Below are positions 1-10,781 of a stretch of DNA of 64,000 nucleotides, piece after piece. The notes below the pieces were generated by a model. That model had not been told where the DNA came from and did not search any database. It was given only the letters and a program-made list of their open reading frames with translations. The stretch is from IMG/VR virus record IMGVR_UViG_3300035145_003993, positions 62,001 through 126,000 of that record. One strand, given 5' to 3'. Both the position numbers and the translations under genes were made by a program. Each line of letters opens with the position of its first letter. The stretch's first letter is position 1.

Positions 1-3000
1 AAAGAATTGCCTAATGTTGTATACTTTCTTAAGATAAAATTTCAGTGTAATGCTACTTGGGGGATTATTTATGTTCGAACTGACTTCATCGTTATAAAAA
101 TAAGCGTTTAAATCTTGCGCGTTATATATACCACCATCACCACTCGTATTATTGTTATAATAGATACCAGTTGAAGAAGAATACAAAATTCCACCTTCAT
201 TGAATGGTAAAAGACCATAATCTCGGCCATCAACGTGTCTCTCTGAATTTAAAGAATGAGGATTTACGTATGTAGGTATTCTTCCTGCTGGAAGTGTATT
301 TAATTGAACACTATTTTGAGTAGCTGTATACGGGTTAAGTCTACACATACTATTAATATCATTAGGATTAGGCTTAAAAGAAACAGTAAACACTTTATAG
401 TTGGTCCTGAAAACTCCTTGTGCATCTAAAGTATTAAAATTAACTTTTAATGTTAACGGTGTATTTGGACCGTATAAGCTATACCATAATTCTGATTCAG
501 GCAAACAAACATGAGAATTTCCATATCTATTAGGAAGAAAACCAGATAAATTATTTCCTGTTAAAGGGTCCCGGTCTCTGCCTATTTTGTTTGGATCATC
601 CCAATGATCATTTATTTTTTTTCCATTTCTCCACTCTATTTCTCCAAGATAATTTTCATCTCGGATTAAGTCTATTCCTCCATCATATTTTAATCCATAC
701 AACATTGTGTTTTGATCATAATTTGATTTTGAATAATTCTTTGCATAACCAGAGTAGTTGCACTGCAGGGTAACAAAATTTACATTAACGACATTATTTA
801 TATTACTCGGGAATATAGAAACTGATTGTGGCTTATTACCATTATCAAATGTATCGTCAACATTATTCATATAAACATCGTAACTTGTAGGCTCGCTACT
901 TAAAGTCTGTGAAGAATTTTCTAAAACAAATGCTCTAACAGCTTGCGCTGTAACTAGATTATTATGTTTGTTGTCAGCAGCAATTTCTTCATCTAAACTT
1001 TGCAACACGTTAACTTCTGTTACAGAATTATTCGGGTCGTCATTATCAGCATTTGCATCGTTTGTAACACTACCTAAGACTTTGTAGTTATTCATTGTCT
1101 TAAGTTTGTCATTTGTAATTGTATCATTGGCGATATTACCGCCAACAATTGATGTTGCTGCGATTGAACCGGTTGCTGTGCCTTGAGCATCAACACCACC
1201 AGTAACTGCTCCATTTTCTATGTTTAAAGTCTGTACTTTACCAGCTTCAGCTGTGTTTGCTTCTGTATATCTTAAAACATCACCTGTTGCTCCAGTCGGA
1301 AGAGAAAATGCTGCTTCTTGCCCTTCAACATTGTAAGGTGAAGAAATAATCCAACCAGAGAATTCTGATCCTCGGCCGCTTACAGGATTACTCCAGATCT
1401 TTTTCCAAGTAATATCAATGTAAGGAATATCAGAAGTATTAAATTGAATGACTTTTTGATTAACTAGGAATTCTGATGTATTTGAACTGTTTGTGGTGCC
1501 AATTAATTTTTTGTAGATACTACCTTGTGAATTAATTGTTACTTTTTTAATTGTGCCACTAGCTAGAAAATAAATTCTAGTAGAATCGTTGTGTGACAAG
1601 TTATCCCAAGCATTAATTTGATTATTTATCGGCAAATTCAGAGTAACTTGTTGTTCTGAATTTGTAAATACGTAATAATCTTTGAATTTGAAAAATCTTT
1701 CCTCTAATGCAATTACTTGGCCCCAATTATAAGTATTATTTGTATTAACTGGTCTAACAAGTTGAGTGTAGCTATGAAGTCTTTTTTTCTTTTCGTCTTT
1801 TGCTCTCCACGAGCCATTATGGTAAACAAATATTAACTTACTAGTTTCTTGCAAGTCAGTCCAAGAATATGTGCATGTTTTAGAGGTAGAAAGTACTATA
1901 TTAACTTTTGCAGAACCTAAATTACTATCATTAACATTATTAACATGTGTAACTGGAATAATTTCTATTGTTTTAAGTTCATCAGCCGTATTTGGTAGAG
2001 TAAACGTATATTCTATAGTATCATTATTTCTAGAACTAAAAATGTAAGTATAATCTGATTCTAGCGTTATATTATTTCTAACACTAGTGCCCGCACCAGT
2101 GCCAGACACACCAATCCAATCATGTTTTCTTGCAACTCTAGAAAAAGGTATTGTATTAACTTTGTCACTATTACTACTATCTAAAACCAAAACTTTATCA
2201 TCAAGAGCAAGTTCTTCCTCAGTTAATACTGGCGCTGAACTGAAGTCTGGGGTTACAGTTAAATCACTTAAGAAATTTGAATACGAAACTCTTTTAAGCT
2301 CATTACTATCATTAGAATCTGAAATAAGGACGAAGTCACCTGGATCAGGCTTAAAAATGCTTACACCGTCAACAACTTTAACTTTAATAGTTTGCATTGA
2401 AATTACAGATTTGTCAAGATGTCTGGCTAAAACAGAATCATCTTTGTATTTAGCTTGCCATGGATTGGTTCTTGCACTATCGTAAGTAAACGATATATCT
2501 GAGTCGTCAAAAGTCAAAAGCACGTGTTCTTTAATTTTTTGTGCAGTTACATTCTTTTTTGCACCTGGGTTTTCTGAAACGTCTAGCATGACAAATTGGT
2601 CTGTCGAAGCAATGTCTCCACTTAAAGCTGTTGATGGCCATGTAAAGTCTGCTGCAGCTGAAGCAGTAATGCCTCCATTGTCATTTAGCGCTGCTACGAG
2701 GTTTGAAATACTTACGTCTAAGTTGTCTTCATTATCAATATAAACAAATCTATCAGGATTTGCAATTAGTTGACCGGGATTTGCAGGATCATCGATTTGA
2801 TCAGGCTTGACATTGATATTTAAAGTATTACCAGTAAGTGTTAAACCAGCGCCTCCTTGGATTTCACCTGCACCAGAAAACTTAACAAACGTGATATCAT
2901 CTGTGTTTACTGTGTCACTATTTGAATCGCTCGTGCAGATAAATCCGTTACCTTTATTTGTATCACCATGTTCTACATAAATAAAACTACCACTTGCTTG

Positions 3001-4911
3001 GAAACCTGATGCAAAATCTGATGTTCTTTCAAAAGACCAAGGACTACCTACACTGCCTTTAGAAATAAGCTCATAAATTCCGTTATGAATTGCACTCGTT
3101 TGATTTTTAACTAAAATTCTAGAGCCAATAATAATATTATTAGGGTCAGATTCGTCTCTTTCAACAAGACTATTTACAGGATATCCGTCGATAGAACCGA
3201 GTTCACCATTAAGATTTGCTATAAGTGTTGATACATTTAATGTTGCATCCAAATTTTCTGTTGTTGCAACAATACAAGTATCTAAAACAGATGCAACTGA
3301 TTGAATTGTATTGTCAACGTATTGTTTAGTTGCTGCATCTGTATTCTCAATAGGCGCTGCAAGACCTCTTATGTTCTTGCTACCCATAGAAATACCAACT
3401 ACATCGGTACCGCCAACATTTATCGTGAGTTTATTTAAAGAATCAGAGGTGTCGCTTACAACATATCCACTAAGATCTGGAGATGCAGGTAAGTCTGCAT
3501 TTGTCAAAAATGATTGAGAATCAACCCACCCTTTCGTTGCAAAAATAGCTTGACCTGCAGTTTTTTCTGTATCTGTTAAAAGTGTTGAATCAAATGTGTA
3601 TGTAAAACTATTACTAGCACTTAGCGTTCCTGTAAAGAAAGATGAAGATGCAACTGATGCAATGTTAATTTCTTTATCAGCAGAGGATGCTAAACTTAAA
3701 GTCGGAATAGTAAATTCAGGGTCAGTTGCAGAGGCAAAATTAACTTTTAAATTATTTTTACTTAATTCAATTCCTTCACCTTCAGCAACACTGTCAGGCA
3801 AAAGTTGAATTGATTGGTTATCAAACAAATTAAAAGTGTTAAGATCAAGATGCGCACCTAAATGTGGGTCTGAGTCTTCAATTATAGCTGTTAGACCCGT
3901 AGAATTAAAGTCATTCCAAACAAGAGGACTTGTACCTAAAATAGAACCTGTTGTTGTTGACGAAGAAAAGAAAATCTTTCCTGCATTATCTGTTCCTTCA
4001 ATAACTGATACAGATAGCCCAGAGAAATCAATATCACCACTTAAGTCATCTGCTCTTGTTAAAACAAATTCTGTAGAACCATCTCCTGCAGCTGTTACAA
4101 TATAGATGCCGTTTTGAGTTTTGTCTGTTTGATCTTTGACTAATAATCTATCTTCAACTTGAAAAGCATTTACACCATCAATTAATAATGCACCTGGATT
4201 ATTAGCTGTAAGTGTAAAAGATAAACCATCATATGCTGCATCTAAGTTTTCTGTTGTTGCAACTTTTACAGGTGATTTAACAAGTAATAAATTATCATAT
4301 TTAGTATTACCATCTATTGTTAATGAAGGTGATGAAGAAACAGCAAATCTACTATCTTTTACGCTTAAAGATAACTGATTTCCACTTTGAGAAACTAATC
4401 TAATGCCTTGACCACTTTGTTTTGCGCTTCCTACATAAAGATTTCTAACAGCATCAACTGAGTTTCCTAAATCATATGTAACATCACTTGCAGGAACATA
4501 GTGACCATTACTATCAATATACCAACGATCTGCTTCATTGGTTTTAAATATTAACTTGTTATTTGTAGAATCGCTAGCGTCATAATTTGCTATAACTGCT
4601 TGTTGTTGTGTTGTTACATCTTCAGAATTAGTTGGACCTGCAAATATTCTATCAACTTCTGCATTAGAACTACCTGTATCAGATGCAGATATTGTGTATT
4701 GCGCACCTTCGCCTTCATCAGCAGCACTTGGTCCTTCAATTGTTATACCTGTGCCTGCTTTAAGCAATTGATTCCCTACTAAGTTTTTAAGTTCATTTGA
4801 CTTGAAATTACCAAAAGAACCACTTACTGCATTAACCTCTAACCACCTTCTATCAGATAAGCCTAACTTTCCTTCTTCATCTGCTCTAGGAACTAAGTTC
4901 TTTGTTGCCAT
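1..4911 (-). CDS. Giant virion structural/tail-fibre-like protein (>=1637 aa, runs off the left edge; absent from the supplied ORF track)
   Basis: ATG at 4911 with AGGAG SD; frame open in every line checked down to base 1. Starts MATKNLVPRADEEGKLGLSDRRW. Carries two copies of the fibre module V(K/V)ATTENLD...R(L/I)LVK(D/N)Q...NGIY (about 4260-3950 and 3310-2830). Confidence 0.8.
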   Translation of the reverse strand, partial: MATKNLVPRADEEGKLGLSDRRWLEVNAVSGSFGNFKSNELKNLVGNQLLKAGTGITIEGPSAADEGEGAQYTISASDTGSSNAEVDRIFAGPTNSEDVTTQQQAVIANYDASDSTNNKLIFKTNEADRWYIDSNGHYVPASDVTYDLGNSVDAVRNLYVGSAKQSGQGIRLVSQSGNQLSLSVKDSRFAVSSSPSLTIDGNTKYDNLLLVKSPVKVATTENLDAAYDGLSFTLTANNPGALLIDGVNAFQVEDRLLVKDQTDKTQNGIYIVTAAGDGSTEFVLTRADDLSGDIDFSGLSVSVIEGTDNAGKIFFSSSTTTGSILGTSPLVWNDFNSTGLTAIIEDSDPHLGAHLDLNTFNLFDNQSIQLLPDSVAEGEGIELSKNNLKVNFASATDPEFTIPTLSLASSADKEINIASVASSSFFTGTLSASNSFTYTFDSTLLTDTEKTAGQAIFATKGWVDSQSFLTNADLPASPDLSGYVVSDTSDSLNKLTINVGGTDVVGISMGSKNIRGLAAPIENTDAATKQYVDNTIQSVASVLDTCIVATTENLDATLNVSTLIANLNGELGSIDGYPVNSLVERDESDPNNIIIGSRILVKNQTSAIHNGIYELISKGSVGSPWSFERTSDFASGFQASGSFIYVEHGDTNKGNGFICTSDSNSDTVNTDDITFVKFSGAGEIQGGAGLTLTGNTLNINVKPDQIDDPANPGQLIANPDRFVYIDNEDNLDVSISNLVAALNDNGGITASAAADFTWPSTALSGDIASTDQFVMLDVSENPGAKKNVTAQKIKEHVLLTFDDSDISFTYDSARTNPWQAKYKDDSVLARHLDKSVISMQTIKVKVVDGVSIFKPDPGDFVLISDSNDSNELKRVSYSNFLSDLTVTPDFSSAPVLTEEELALDDKVLVLDSSNSDKVNTIPFSRVARKHDWIGVSGTGAGTSVRNNITLESDYTYIFSSRNNDTIEYTFTLPNTADELKTIEIIPVTHVNNVNDSNLGSAKVNIVLSTSKTCTYSWTDLQETSKLIFVYHNGSWRAKDEKKKRLHSYTQLVRPVNTNNTYNWGQVIALEERFFKFKDYYVFTNSEQQVTLNLPINNQINAWDNLSHNDSTRIYFLASGTIKKVTINSQGSIYKKLIGTTNSSNTSEFLVNQKVIQFNTSDIPYIDITWKKIWSNPVSGRGSEFSGWIISSPYNVEGQEAAFSLPTGATGDVLRYTEANTAEAGKVQTLNIENGAVTGGVDAQGTATGSIAATSIVGGNIANDTITNDKLKTMNNYKVLGSVTNDANADNDDPNNSVTEVNVLQSLDEEIAADNKHNNLVTAQAVRAFVLENSSQTLSSEPTSYDVYMNNVDDTFDNGNKPQSVSIFPSNINNVVNVNFVTLQCNYSGYAKNYSKSNYDQNTMLYGLKYDGGIDLIRDENYLGEIEWRNGKKINDHWDDPNKIGRDRDPLTGNNLSGFLPNRYGNSHVCLPESELWYSLYGPNTPLTLKVNFNTLDAQGVFRTNYKVFTVSFKPNPNDINSMCRLNPYTATQNSVQLNTLPAGRIPTYVNPHSLNSERHVDGRDYGLLPFNEGGILYSSSTGIYYNNNTSGDGGIYNAQDLNAYFYNDEVSSNINNPPSSITLKFYLKKVYNIRQFF

Positions 4912-5001
4912 TTTAATTTGACTCCTAATAATTTATTTCTAATCTAATTATGCAATCAATTTTGTTTAATCTTATATTGATTAATTAATTATTATGTATT
5001 G

Positions 5002-8000
5002 TTAAGTTCCTTCAACATATTCCTCAAAGAAAGATTCACCAGTAATTTCTTCGAGTCGTCTTATCATTTTCTCCATGTTTACTTTTACTTTTTTACCTGT
5101 CTTTTTATTTTCAGACCAATAAACCCAATCACCTTCTTCATTGTGAGGAGATATCTGTGTAACATTTCCTGCTTCATCTTGAACAAACATTTCTGCAGAG
5201 CCACTAACATCTTTTGAATAAATATGTGCATGATTTCCTCTAACAGATGGATCAGAAGCAGTTACTTTTGTTGCAATAGGACCAGCGTTAACAATTTCTG
5301 TGGTTGATGATGCACTATCACCAATAATGTCAATTGCAACTGTTTCAACATTTCCTGAAAGAACTGATAGTTGTAGATTTCCGTGAGTTTGTGCAGGTGC
5401 TCTAACTTTAATTCTGCCGTATACGTCATATACTGATGAGTAGTAACCTTGGAAGTATATGTCTCCAACAATATCACCAGGATCTGTATACATTTTTTGT
5501 AATTTTATTTGTGGGCCAATTCCACTAGTATTACTGGTGTTTGACTGAATTGTAAATGTTGGGTCGTACGCATTCTGCGAAGAACCCATGCTAAGAGTCA
5601 ATCCTGAGTCGGCGATATGTTGCAAAGTTACATCTTGATCATTCCCAAAATAAATTCTAGAAGAATCTCCAAGATATAGATTTGCCCATTCTCCAGATGT
5701 CGAACCTAGATTATATGTATCTGCTGTTGAAGGTACAACGTTAGAAGATACACTTGTTAAATCTACACTACTAGGAGTCCAATGTAGACCGTTTGCCGCT
5801 GTGTATGTCAAGACATCATTGTCAGATGGATTTTCTGTAGAAGTGTCTAAAACATTCAACTCAGCTGCAGTTGACTTAACTAATGTTCCACCTAAAGAAA
5901 GACCCGAGTCTGTAGCGTTATGTAATGGAATATCTACTAATAAATGACCACTGATATTTCCTTCAATAGACAAGCCTTCAGTCGATGCGTTTCCTGCAAA
6001 TAATCCTCCTGTGGCTGTGTAAAAATATAATCCTGCAGATTCTATATTGTTTGTAGGACTTACAATTTTAGATCTGACTGCTGTATATTCATGTAAAGTA
6101 GACACTGAATTTTTAGCAGTAGAAGTTATTGTTCCAATTATATCATTTCCTGCAGGAGAAGATGTTTCAGAAAGAAATTCTATTTCACCTCCAGTTGCGA
6201 TGCCTGTGTTGGCATTTTTTATTGTAAGACGAGGAGTCAATGCTGGATCTAAAGACATGTCTAAAATCAATCCTGCATCTGGATCATGTTCTAAATAAAC
6301 ATCTTGATCATTCCCGAAATAAATTCTAGAAGAATCACCTAAGTATAAATCTGACCATTCAGCAGCTGTAGAACCTAGTGATCTCGTATTCGAACCATCA
6401 GGTAAAACGTTAGATGAAATGTTTGTTAAGTCTGTGCTACCTCCAGATACTGATGCAAATGTTAATACGCCTGAGCCATTTGTTTGTAATACTTGTCCAG
6501 AAGTTCCGTCTGACGTTGGAAACGAGTAAGCATTATTAAATGTAATAGTGCCAGTTTCATCAATTTTAAGTCTGTTAGAAGTTGTACCTCCTGTGCCTGT
6601 ATTAAATTCTAAAGTTCCGCCATATGTTGAACCATCAACTGTTGCACTAGATCTAATAATAGCACTTTCTAAGAAAGATGTACCATTATGTCCGTACATT
6701 ACAAATTTACCGAGTTCATCTGCTGCAACAACTGCTGTAGGCGTAGCAGGTGTTCCTCTTGCTTTTTGTAATAAAACATCCGGACCATCTGCAGAAGTAT
6801 GATATTGGTCTATTCTCATTGAACCTTCGTATTGTACGTCTCCTACAAGATGTAGTGTTCTTGCAGGAGAACTAGTTCCAATACCTATACGATCATTTGA
6901 TGTATCTATAGTTAACAAGTTTGTAGATAATACACTAGAACCATCACTATTAGCAACCAATATAGCGTTATTAGTTAAAGTAGAAGGCATTGAGTAACCA
7001 TCACTAACCAAAAAAGTTCCTGATGCGTCTGGTAGAGTTAAAGTTCTGTTTGATGCAAGAGAGCTTTGACCTTGAATTTGTATGTAGTTTGTTCCGTGTT
7101 TTTCACCTGTTCCATCTTCATGTATTCTTAAGGGGTTATCATAATGAAAACCAACAGAGTTAACGTCAATCCACATACGTGCATTTTCTGGATGAGCTCC
7201 AGTTCCTCCAGATGCATCTGACGCGCCTTTGTCTGGGAGTTCCAGGTAAAAACCAACTCTTCTATTTGCAGCACCTGCTTGATCATCAATTGCCCCAAAC
7301 CATTGTTCATACCATAATTGGCCTTGCCCGTACTGTCTCGTGTTAGAAGAATACCAGTTGGCAAACTTTACCTTTACAGTATCTTCATTATAAGCAAAAA
7401 ATTGTGATCCTGATCCTCCGAGAGATAGTCTGTTAGTTACAGAAATATTTTGTGATGTTAACAAACCATTACTATCAGCACCACCTGTATTGTTCCAAGT
7501 TAGATTTGAACTTAAAGCCACACTAGAACTGTCACTATTAGATGTCAAGACAGCGTTATTAGTAAGTGTTGTAGGTAATTGATAGTTACTCTGTGTAGAC
7601 TGATTTGATGCATTTCCAATAAAAAACTTTCCTTCATTTAAGTTAGGAGTAGCATTTGTTCTTCCTGCACCACCAACTAAAACTTCACCATTGCTTGCAT
7701 CAGACTTGACAATTTTACCAATGTTTTGAATTAAATTGCTTCCAGTAGGAGGAGTATTCTGAAATTCTCCTGCAGTTGTAGAACTTACATAAAGAGTATC
7801 TCCTTCACTATACTCAGCATTAGTATCAATCCCTTTAAATAGCCCACTATAAACAACATACCCTTCAGCTTCTGCTGCAATGTCACTTTGCACAAATCCA
7901 AAAGCAGGCATTGTAGCAGAAGAATTAGATTGAGCCAAAGAAACTTCTGGTTTGTTTCCACTATGACCAGAAATATAGACTAATTGTCCTTTAGTTAATG

Positions 8001-8265
8001 CTGTTGTCGTAGAAGGATTTTTAACTGGGAATGATAAAGCTTTTGGTAAAGAATCACCTTGTAAAAGAGCAATATCACCATCTTCATCAGGAAAATTAAT
8101 TGTTCTATCATCTGTAGGGTCTGTAACTGTTAGTTGTAATTCGAAATCGTCAGCTGTGTCGCCTTCAAACGCTAATCCACCTGAACCTATTACTATTCTA
8201 TCTGTTGGTTTTAGAACTTTCTTTGATCCGTTATTATAATATACAAACTTTTCTATATCAGCCAT
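5002..8265 (-). CDS. Tail-fibre-like virion protein, 1087 aa, with internal duplications
   Basis: G/S/T-rich mosaic. Modules TDPTDDRTINFPD, RIGIGTSSP and FPTSDGTSGQVLQTNGSGVL; duplicated LYLGDSSRIYFGNDQDV block; C-terminal SAEMFVQDEAGNVTQISPH. Confidence 0.8.
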   Translation of the reverse strand: MADIEKFVYYNNGSKKVLKPTDRIVIGSGGLAFEGDTADDFELQLTVTDPTDDRTINFPDEDGDIALLQGDSLPKALSFPVKNPSTTTALTKGQLVYISGHSGNKPEVSLAQSNSSATMPAFGFVQSDIAAEAEGYVVYSGLFKGIDTNAEYSEGDTLYVSSTTAGEFQNTPPTGSNLIQNIGKIVKSDASNGEVLVGGAGRTNATPNLNEGKFFIGNASNQSTQSNYQLPTTLTNNAVLTSNSDSSSVALSSNLTWNNTGGADSNGLLTSQNISVTNRLSLGGSGSQFFAYNEDTVKVKFANWYSSNTRQYGQGQLWYEQWFGAIDDQAGAANRRVGFYLELPDKGASDASGGTGAHPENARMWIDVNSVGFHYDNPLRIHEDGTGEKHGTNYIQIQGQSSLASNRTLTLPDASGTFLVSDGYSMPSTLTNNAILVANSDGSSVLSTNLLTIDTSNDRIGIGTSSPARTLHLVGDVQYEGSMRIDQYHTSADGPDVLLQKARGTPATPTAVVAADELGKFVMYGHNGTSFLESAIIRSSATVDGSTYGGTLEFNTGTGGTTSNRLKIDETGTITFNNAYSFPTSDGTSGQVLQTNGSGVLTFASVSGGSTDLTNISSNVLPDGSNTRSLGSTAAEWSDLYLGDSSRIYFGNDQDVYLEHDPDAGLILDMSLDPALTPRLTIKNANTGIATGGEIEFLSETSSPAGNDIIGTITSTAKNSVSTLHEYTAVRSKIVSPTNNIESAGLYFYTATGGLFAGNASTEGLSIEGNISGHLLVDIPLHNATDSGLSLGGTLVKSTAAELNVLDTSTENPSDNDVLTYTAANGLHWTPSSVDLTSVSSNVVPSTADTYNLGSTSGEWANLYLGDSSRIYFGNDQDVTLQHIADSGLTLSMGSSQNAYDPTFTIQSNTSNTSGIGPQIKLQKMYTDPGDIVGDIYFQGYYSSVYDVYGRIKVRAPAQTHGNLQLSVLSGNVETVAIDIIGDSASSTTEIVNAGPIATKVTASDPSVRGNHAHIYSKDVSGSAEMFVQDEAGNVTQISPHNEEGDWVYWSENKKTGKKVKVNMEKMIRRLEEITGESFFEEYVEGT

Positions 8266-8279
8266 TTTTTAACCTTTTC

Positions 8280-8813
8280 TTAATTGTTTAGTGCATCTAA
8301 TTCTGCTTGACATTCTGCCATTTCAGCATCAATGTCTCTTGGCATAACATTACCTTCAGAGTCAAACTCAAAATATTTGTCTACTGCACTGTCTCTATTT
8401 GTCATTGTGTATTGTGATGTTTGTAAAGTACTTCCATCAAGCATTAAGTTTAAATCTAAACCAAAAAGACCTGTGTCACCATCTAATATATTAGTAGGAA
8501 CTAAATTGTCGTTATCATCTATATCTAAAGACCAAAGACTTGAATCACTTTTCTCTGCGTAAAGTTTTCCTTTGATAACAACGTCACCGCCAAATACTGC
8601 AACTGAGTTAGGAATACTATGCTCAACGCCGCATTTAGAACCATGAACATATAGAAATGTTTCTTCTCCTAAACCTGTGAGCATTGTTTCAGGGATCCCG
8701 CCTACGTTATCTAATGCATTATTATCTGGGTATATAATTAGCTTAGGGCTTGACGAGCCAGATCCAATAATCTTATTTGTTCTTATCTGTCCACTTAAAA
8801 AGTCTTTTGCCAT
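8280..8813 (-). CDS. Hypothetical virion-associated protein
   Basis: 177-aa ORF co-oriented in the structural operon; contains a fibre-like VFGGDVVIKG motif. Confidence 0.55.
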   Translation of the reverse strand: MAKDFLSGQIRTNKIIGSGSSSPKLIIYPDNNALDNVGGIPETMLTGLGEETFLYVHGSKCGVEHSIPNSVAVFGGDVVIKGKLYAEKSDSSLWSLDIDDNDNLVPTNILDGDTGLFGLDLNLMLDGSTLQTSQYTMTNRDSAVDKYFEFDSEGNVMPRDIDAEMAECQAELDALNN

Positions 8814-8815
8814 TT

Positions 8816-9034
8816 TTATCTCTCAATCACAATATAATGAATATTCATTTCAACGTCTTCACTTTTAGTTATTACTAAATAAGTATTTGTTAGTTCAGAT
8901 ATATAAATATTAACATTCGTATTAGATGTTATTTTAACAATAGGGCTTTGTGAATATGTTTCAACAAAATTAATTGTTATTTCTTCTTCACCTAATGCGC
9001 TATTTACTATTCCTTTTTCATAATTTGTAGACAT
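8816..9034 (-). CDS. Small beta-rich protein, H-type-lectin-like; paralogue of 9037-9363
   Basis: INFVETYSQSPIVKIT..NVNIYISELTNT aligns with the next gene. Confidence 0.5.
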   Translation of the reverse strand: MSTNYEKGIVNSALGEEEITINFVETYSQSPIVKITSNTNVNIYISELTNTYLVITKSEDVEMNIHYIVIER

Positions 9035-9036
9035 TT

Positions 9037-9363
9037 TTAACTCGCATCATACACTTGAACGTGAACTTTTCCTGTGAAGTTGTTTGAGCTTTCTATTACT
9101 AAACCTGTTGTTGTTAAGCTCGTAATAAATATATTAACATTTTCTGCTTCAGGTGTCAAACCAATTACAGGAATTTCTGTGTAAGTCTTTGTAAAGTTAT
9201 AAGTTTCTTGGTAAGAGTCAACAAAATCTACAATTGCAACTTCTGCATCAACTCCTAACAAATCATCAGCAATATCTGTTTCTAGATACTGTTTATAAAC
9301 AGGTTTAATTCTTATAAGAGGATAACTTTTTCTTAATCTATTTGCGTCATATATCTTAGGCAT
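9037..9363 (-). CDS. Small beta-rich protein, H-type-lectin-like
   Basis: YNFTKTYTEIPVIGLT..ENVNIFITSLTTTG. Confidence 0.5.
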   Translation of the reverse strand: MPKIYDANRLRKSYPLIRIKPVYKQYLETDIADDLLGVDAEVAIVDFVDSYQETYNFTKTYTEIPVIGLTPEAENVNIFITSLTTTGLVIESSNNFTGKVHVQVYDAS

Positions 9364-9373
9364 AAACTATTCC

Positions 9374-10714
9374 TTAAAGTTTTTCTGCGACTATATTAGC
9401 TAACTCTGACCTATAGCCTCGAGTAAAATTAACATGACCTGTTAAACTTTCATCCTTTAACTTTTCGGTCACAATTGTTAAACCATTAGAAAATTTATTA
9501 ACATAAGGTAAATCAACTTGCTCTATATCACCTAAAAGTATTACTTTAGAATTTCTTCCAGTTCTTGTAATTACTGTTTTAAGCTCATGAACAGTAGCAT
9601 TTTGTGCTTCGTCTACAATTATTATAGAATCATTAAAACTTCTACCACGAATATGTGATAATGGTGCTACGTCTATTTGTCCTTTTTCCATCATCATTTC
9701 AAAATAAGTCAAGTCTCCAAATTGATTTCTAAAATTGTCAACAATAGGTGCAAGCCACGGTGACATTTTTTCGTTTAAGTCACCAGGCAAAAAACCAATA
9801 TCTTTCCCTACAGTTTGTATAGGTCTAGTAAAAATAATTCTCTTTTTAGTATTTTTTTCAATAAACTTAAGTGCTGTCATTAAAGCTAGATAAGTTTTGC
9901 CGCTGCCAGGTATTCCTGTAAGTGTTACAAGTGGAATTTCTTCATTTAATAATAATTCTAATGCAAAAATCTGTTCTTTATTTTTAGGCTCAATACCACT
10001 TTGTTTTTGTAGCTCTTGTTTTGTTTCTAATATAACTAAGTTTTTAGTATTTCTCATCATCAAACAAGATTGATTACTTCCGTTGTTAGCCTTTAAAATA
10101 ACAAATTCATTTTCACTTATATTTAGGTTATAACCGTTGTCAATAAGATCTTCTTTTATTTTTAAATGATTACCAGAATATGCTCTGTTAATAATATCTG
10201 AATCGACTAATAGTTCAACGTGTCCTTGGTATAAATTGTCTGCCTCAACAAATTCATAATCTGCGTAGTAATCATTTGCTTCTATACCAACAGCGTCACT
10301 TTTAACTCTAAGATTGATGTCTTTAGTTATAACAATAACTTTGTTTTCTTCTTCATTTTTATTAATGACAAAATAATTTGCATTAGAAATTATGATATTA
10401 TCATTAGTGTTTTTATCTAATCCTTCTAAACCTTCCCATGAAGATAAAGAACTTACTTTTAGATTTATATTATGTTTTTCAATAAAAACTCCAGTATTTA
10501 AACTGCCTTTTTCTCTTAACTCATCTAGAAATCTGTTGTAAAATCTTGCATTTTCCCCTAATAAACCTTCTCTTGTTTTAAACCGATCCATTTCTTCTAG
10601 GACAACCATAGGAATAACAATATCATTCCCATGCATGTTAAACAATGCATGCTTATCATAAAGAAGTACACTTGTATCAACAATAAAAGTTTTTCTGTTC
10701 TGTTTTTTGTCCAT
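9374..10714 (-). CDS. phoH: PIN domain-PhoH family ATPase (PhoH2/YlaK type)
   Basis: N-terminal PIN motif FIVDTSVLL...VLEEMD...ITKDINLRVK; Walker A GIPGSGKT; IGFLPG; RGRSF; IVDEAQN; GDIEQ. Confidence 0.92.
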   Translation of the reverse strand: MDKKQNRKTFIVDTSVLLYDKHALFNMHGNDIVIPMVVLEEMDRFKTREGLLGENARFYNRFLDELREKGSLNTGVFIEKHNINLKVSSLSSWEGLEGLDKNTNDNIIISNANYFVINKNEEENKVIVITKDINLRVKSDAVGIEANDYYADYEFVEADNLYQGHVELLVDSDIINRAYSGNHLKIKEDLIDNGYNLNISENEFVILKANNGSNQSCLMMRNTKNLVILETKQELQKQSGIEPKNKEQIFALELLLNEEIPLVTLTGIPGSGKTYLALMTALKFIEKNTKKRIIFTRPIQTVGKDIGFLPGDLNEKMSPWLAPIVDNFRNQFGDLTYFEMMMEKGQIDVAPLSHIRGRSFNDSIIIVDEAQNATVHELKTVITRTGRNSKVILLGDIEQVDLPYVNKFSNGLTIVTEKLKDESLTGHVNFTRGYRSELANIVAEKL

Positions 10715-10781
10715 AATCTGATAAAATCTTTCTTTATAATCTATAATAATTATTAAATTTATTAGAAAGGTTTATTAAATT

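Noticed and set aside
591-8868. Track ORFs on + (591, 2087, 3311, 3596, 3836, 4600, 4999, 6047, 6548, 8332, 8677) and alternate-frame minus ORFs (5262, 7128)
   Set aside because: Shadows of the long minus-strand fibre genes; no SD and no protein-like signal.
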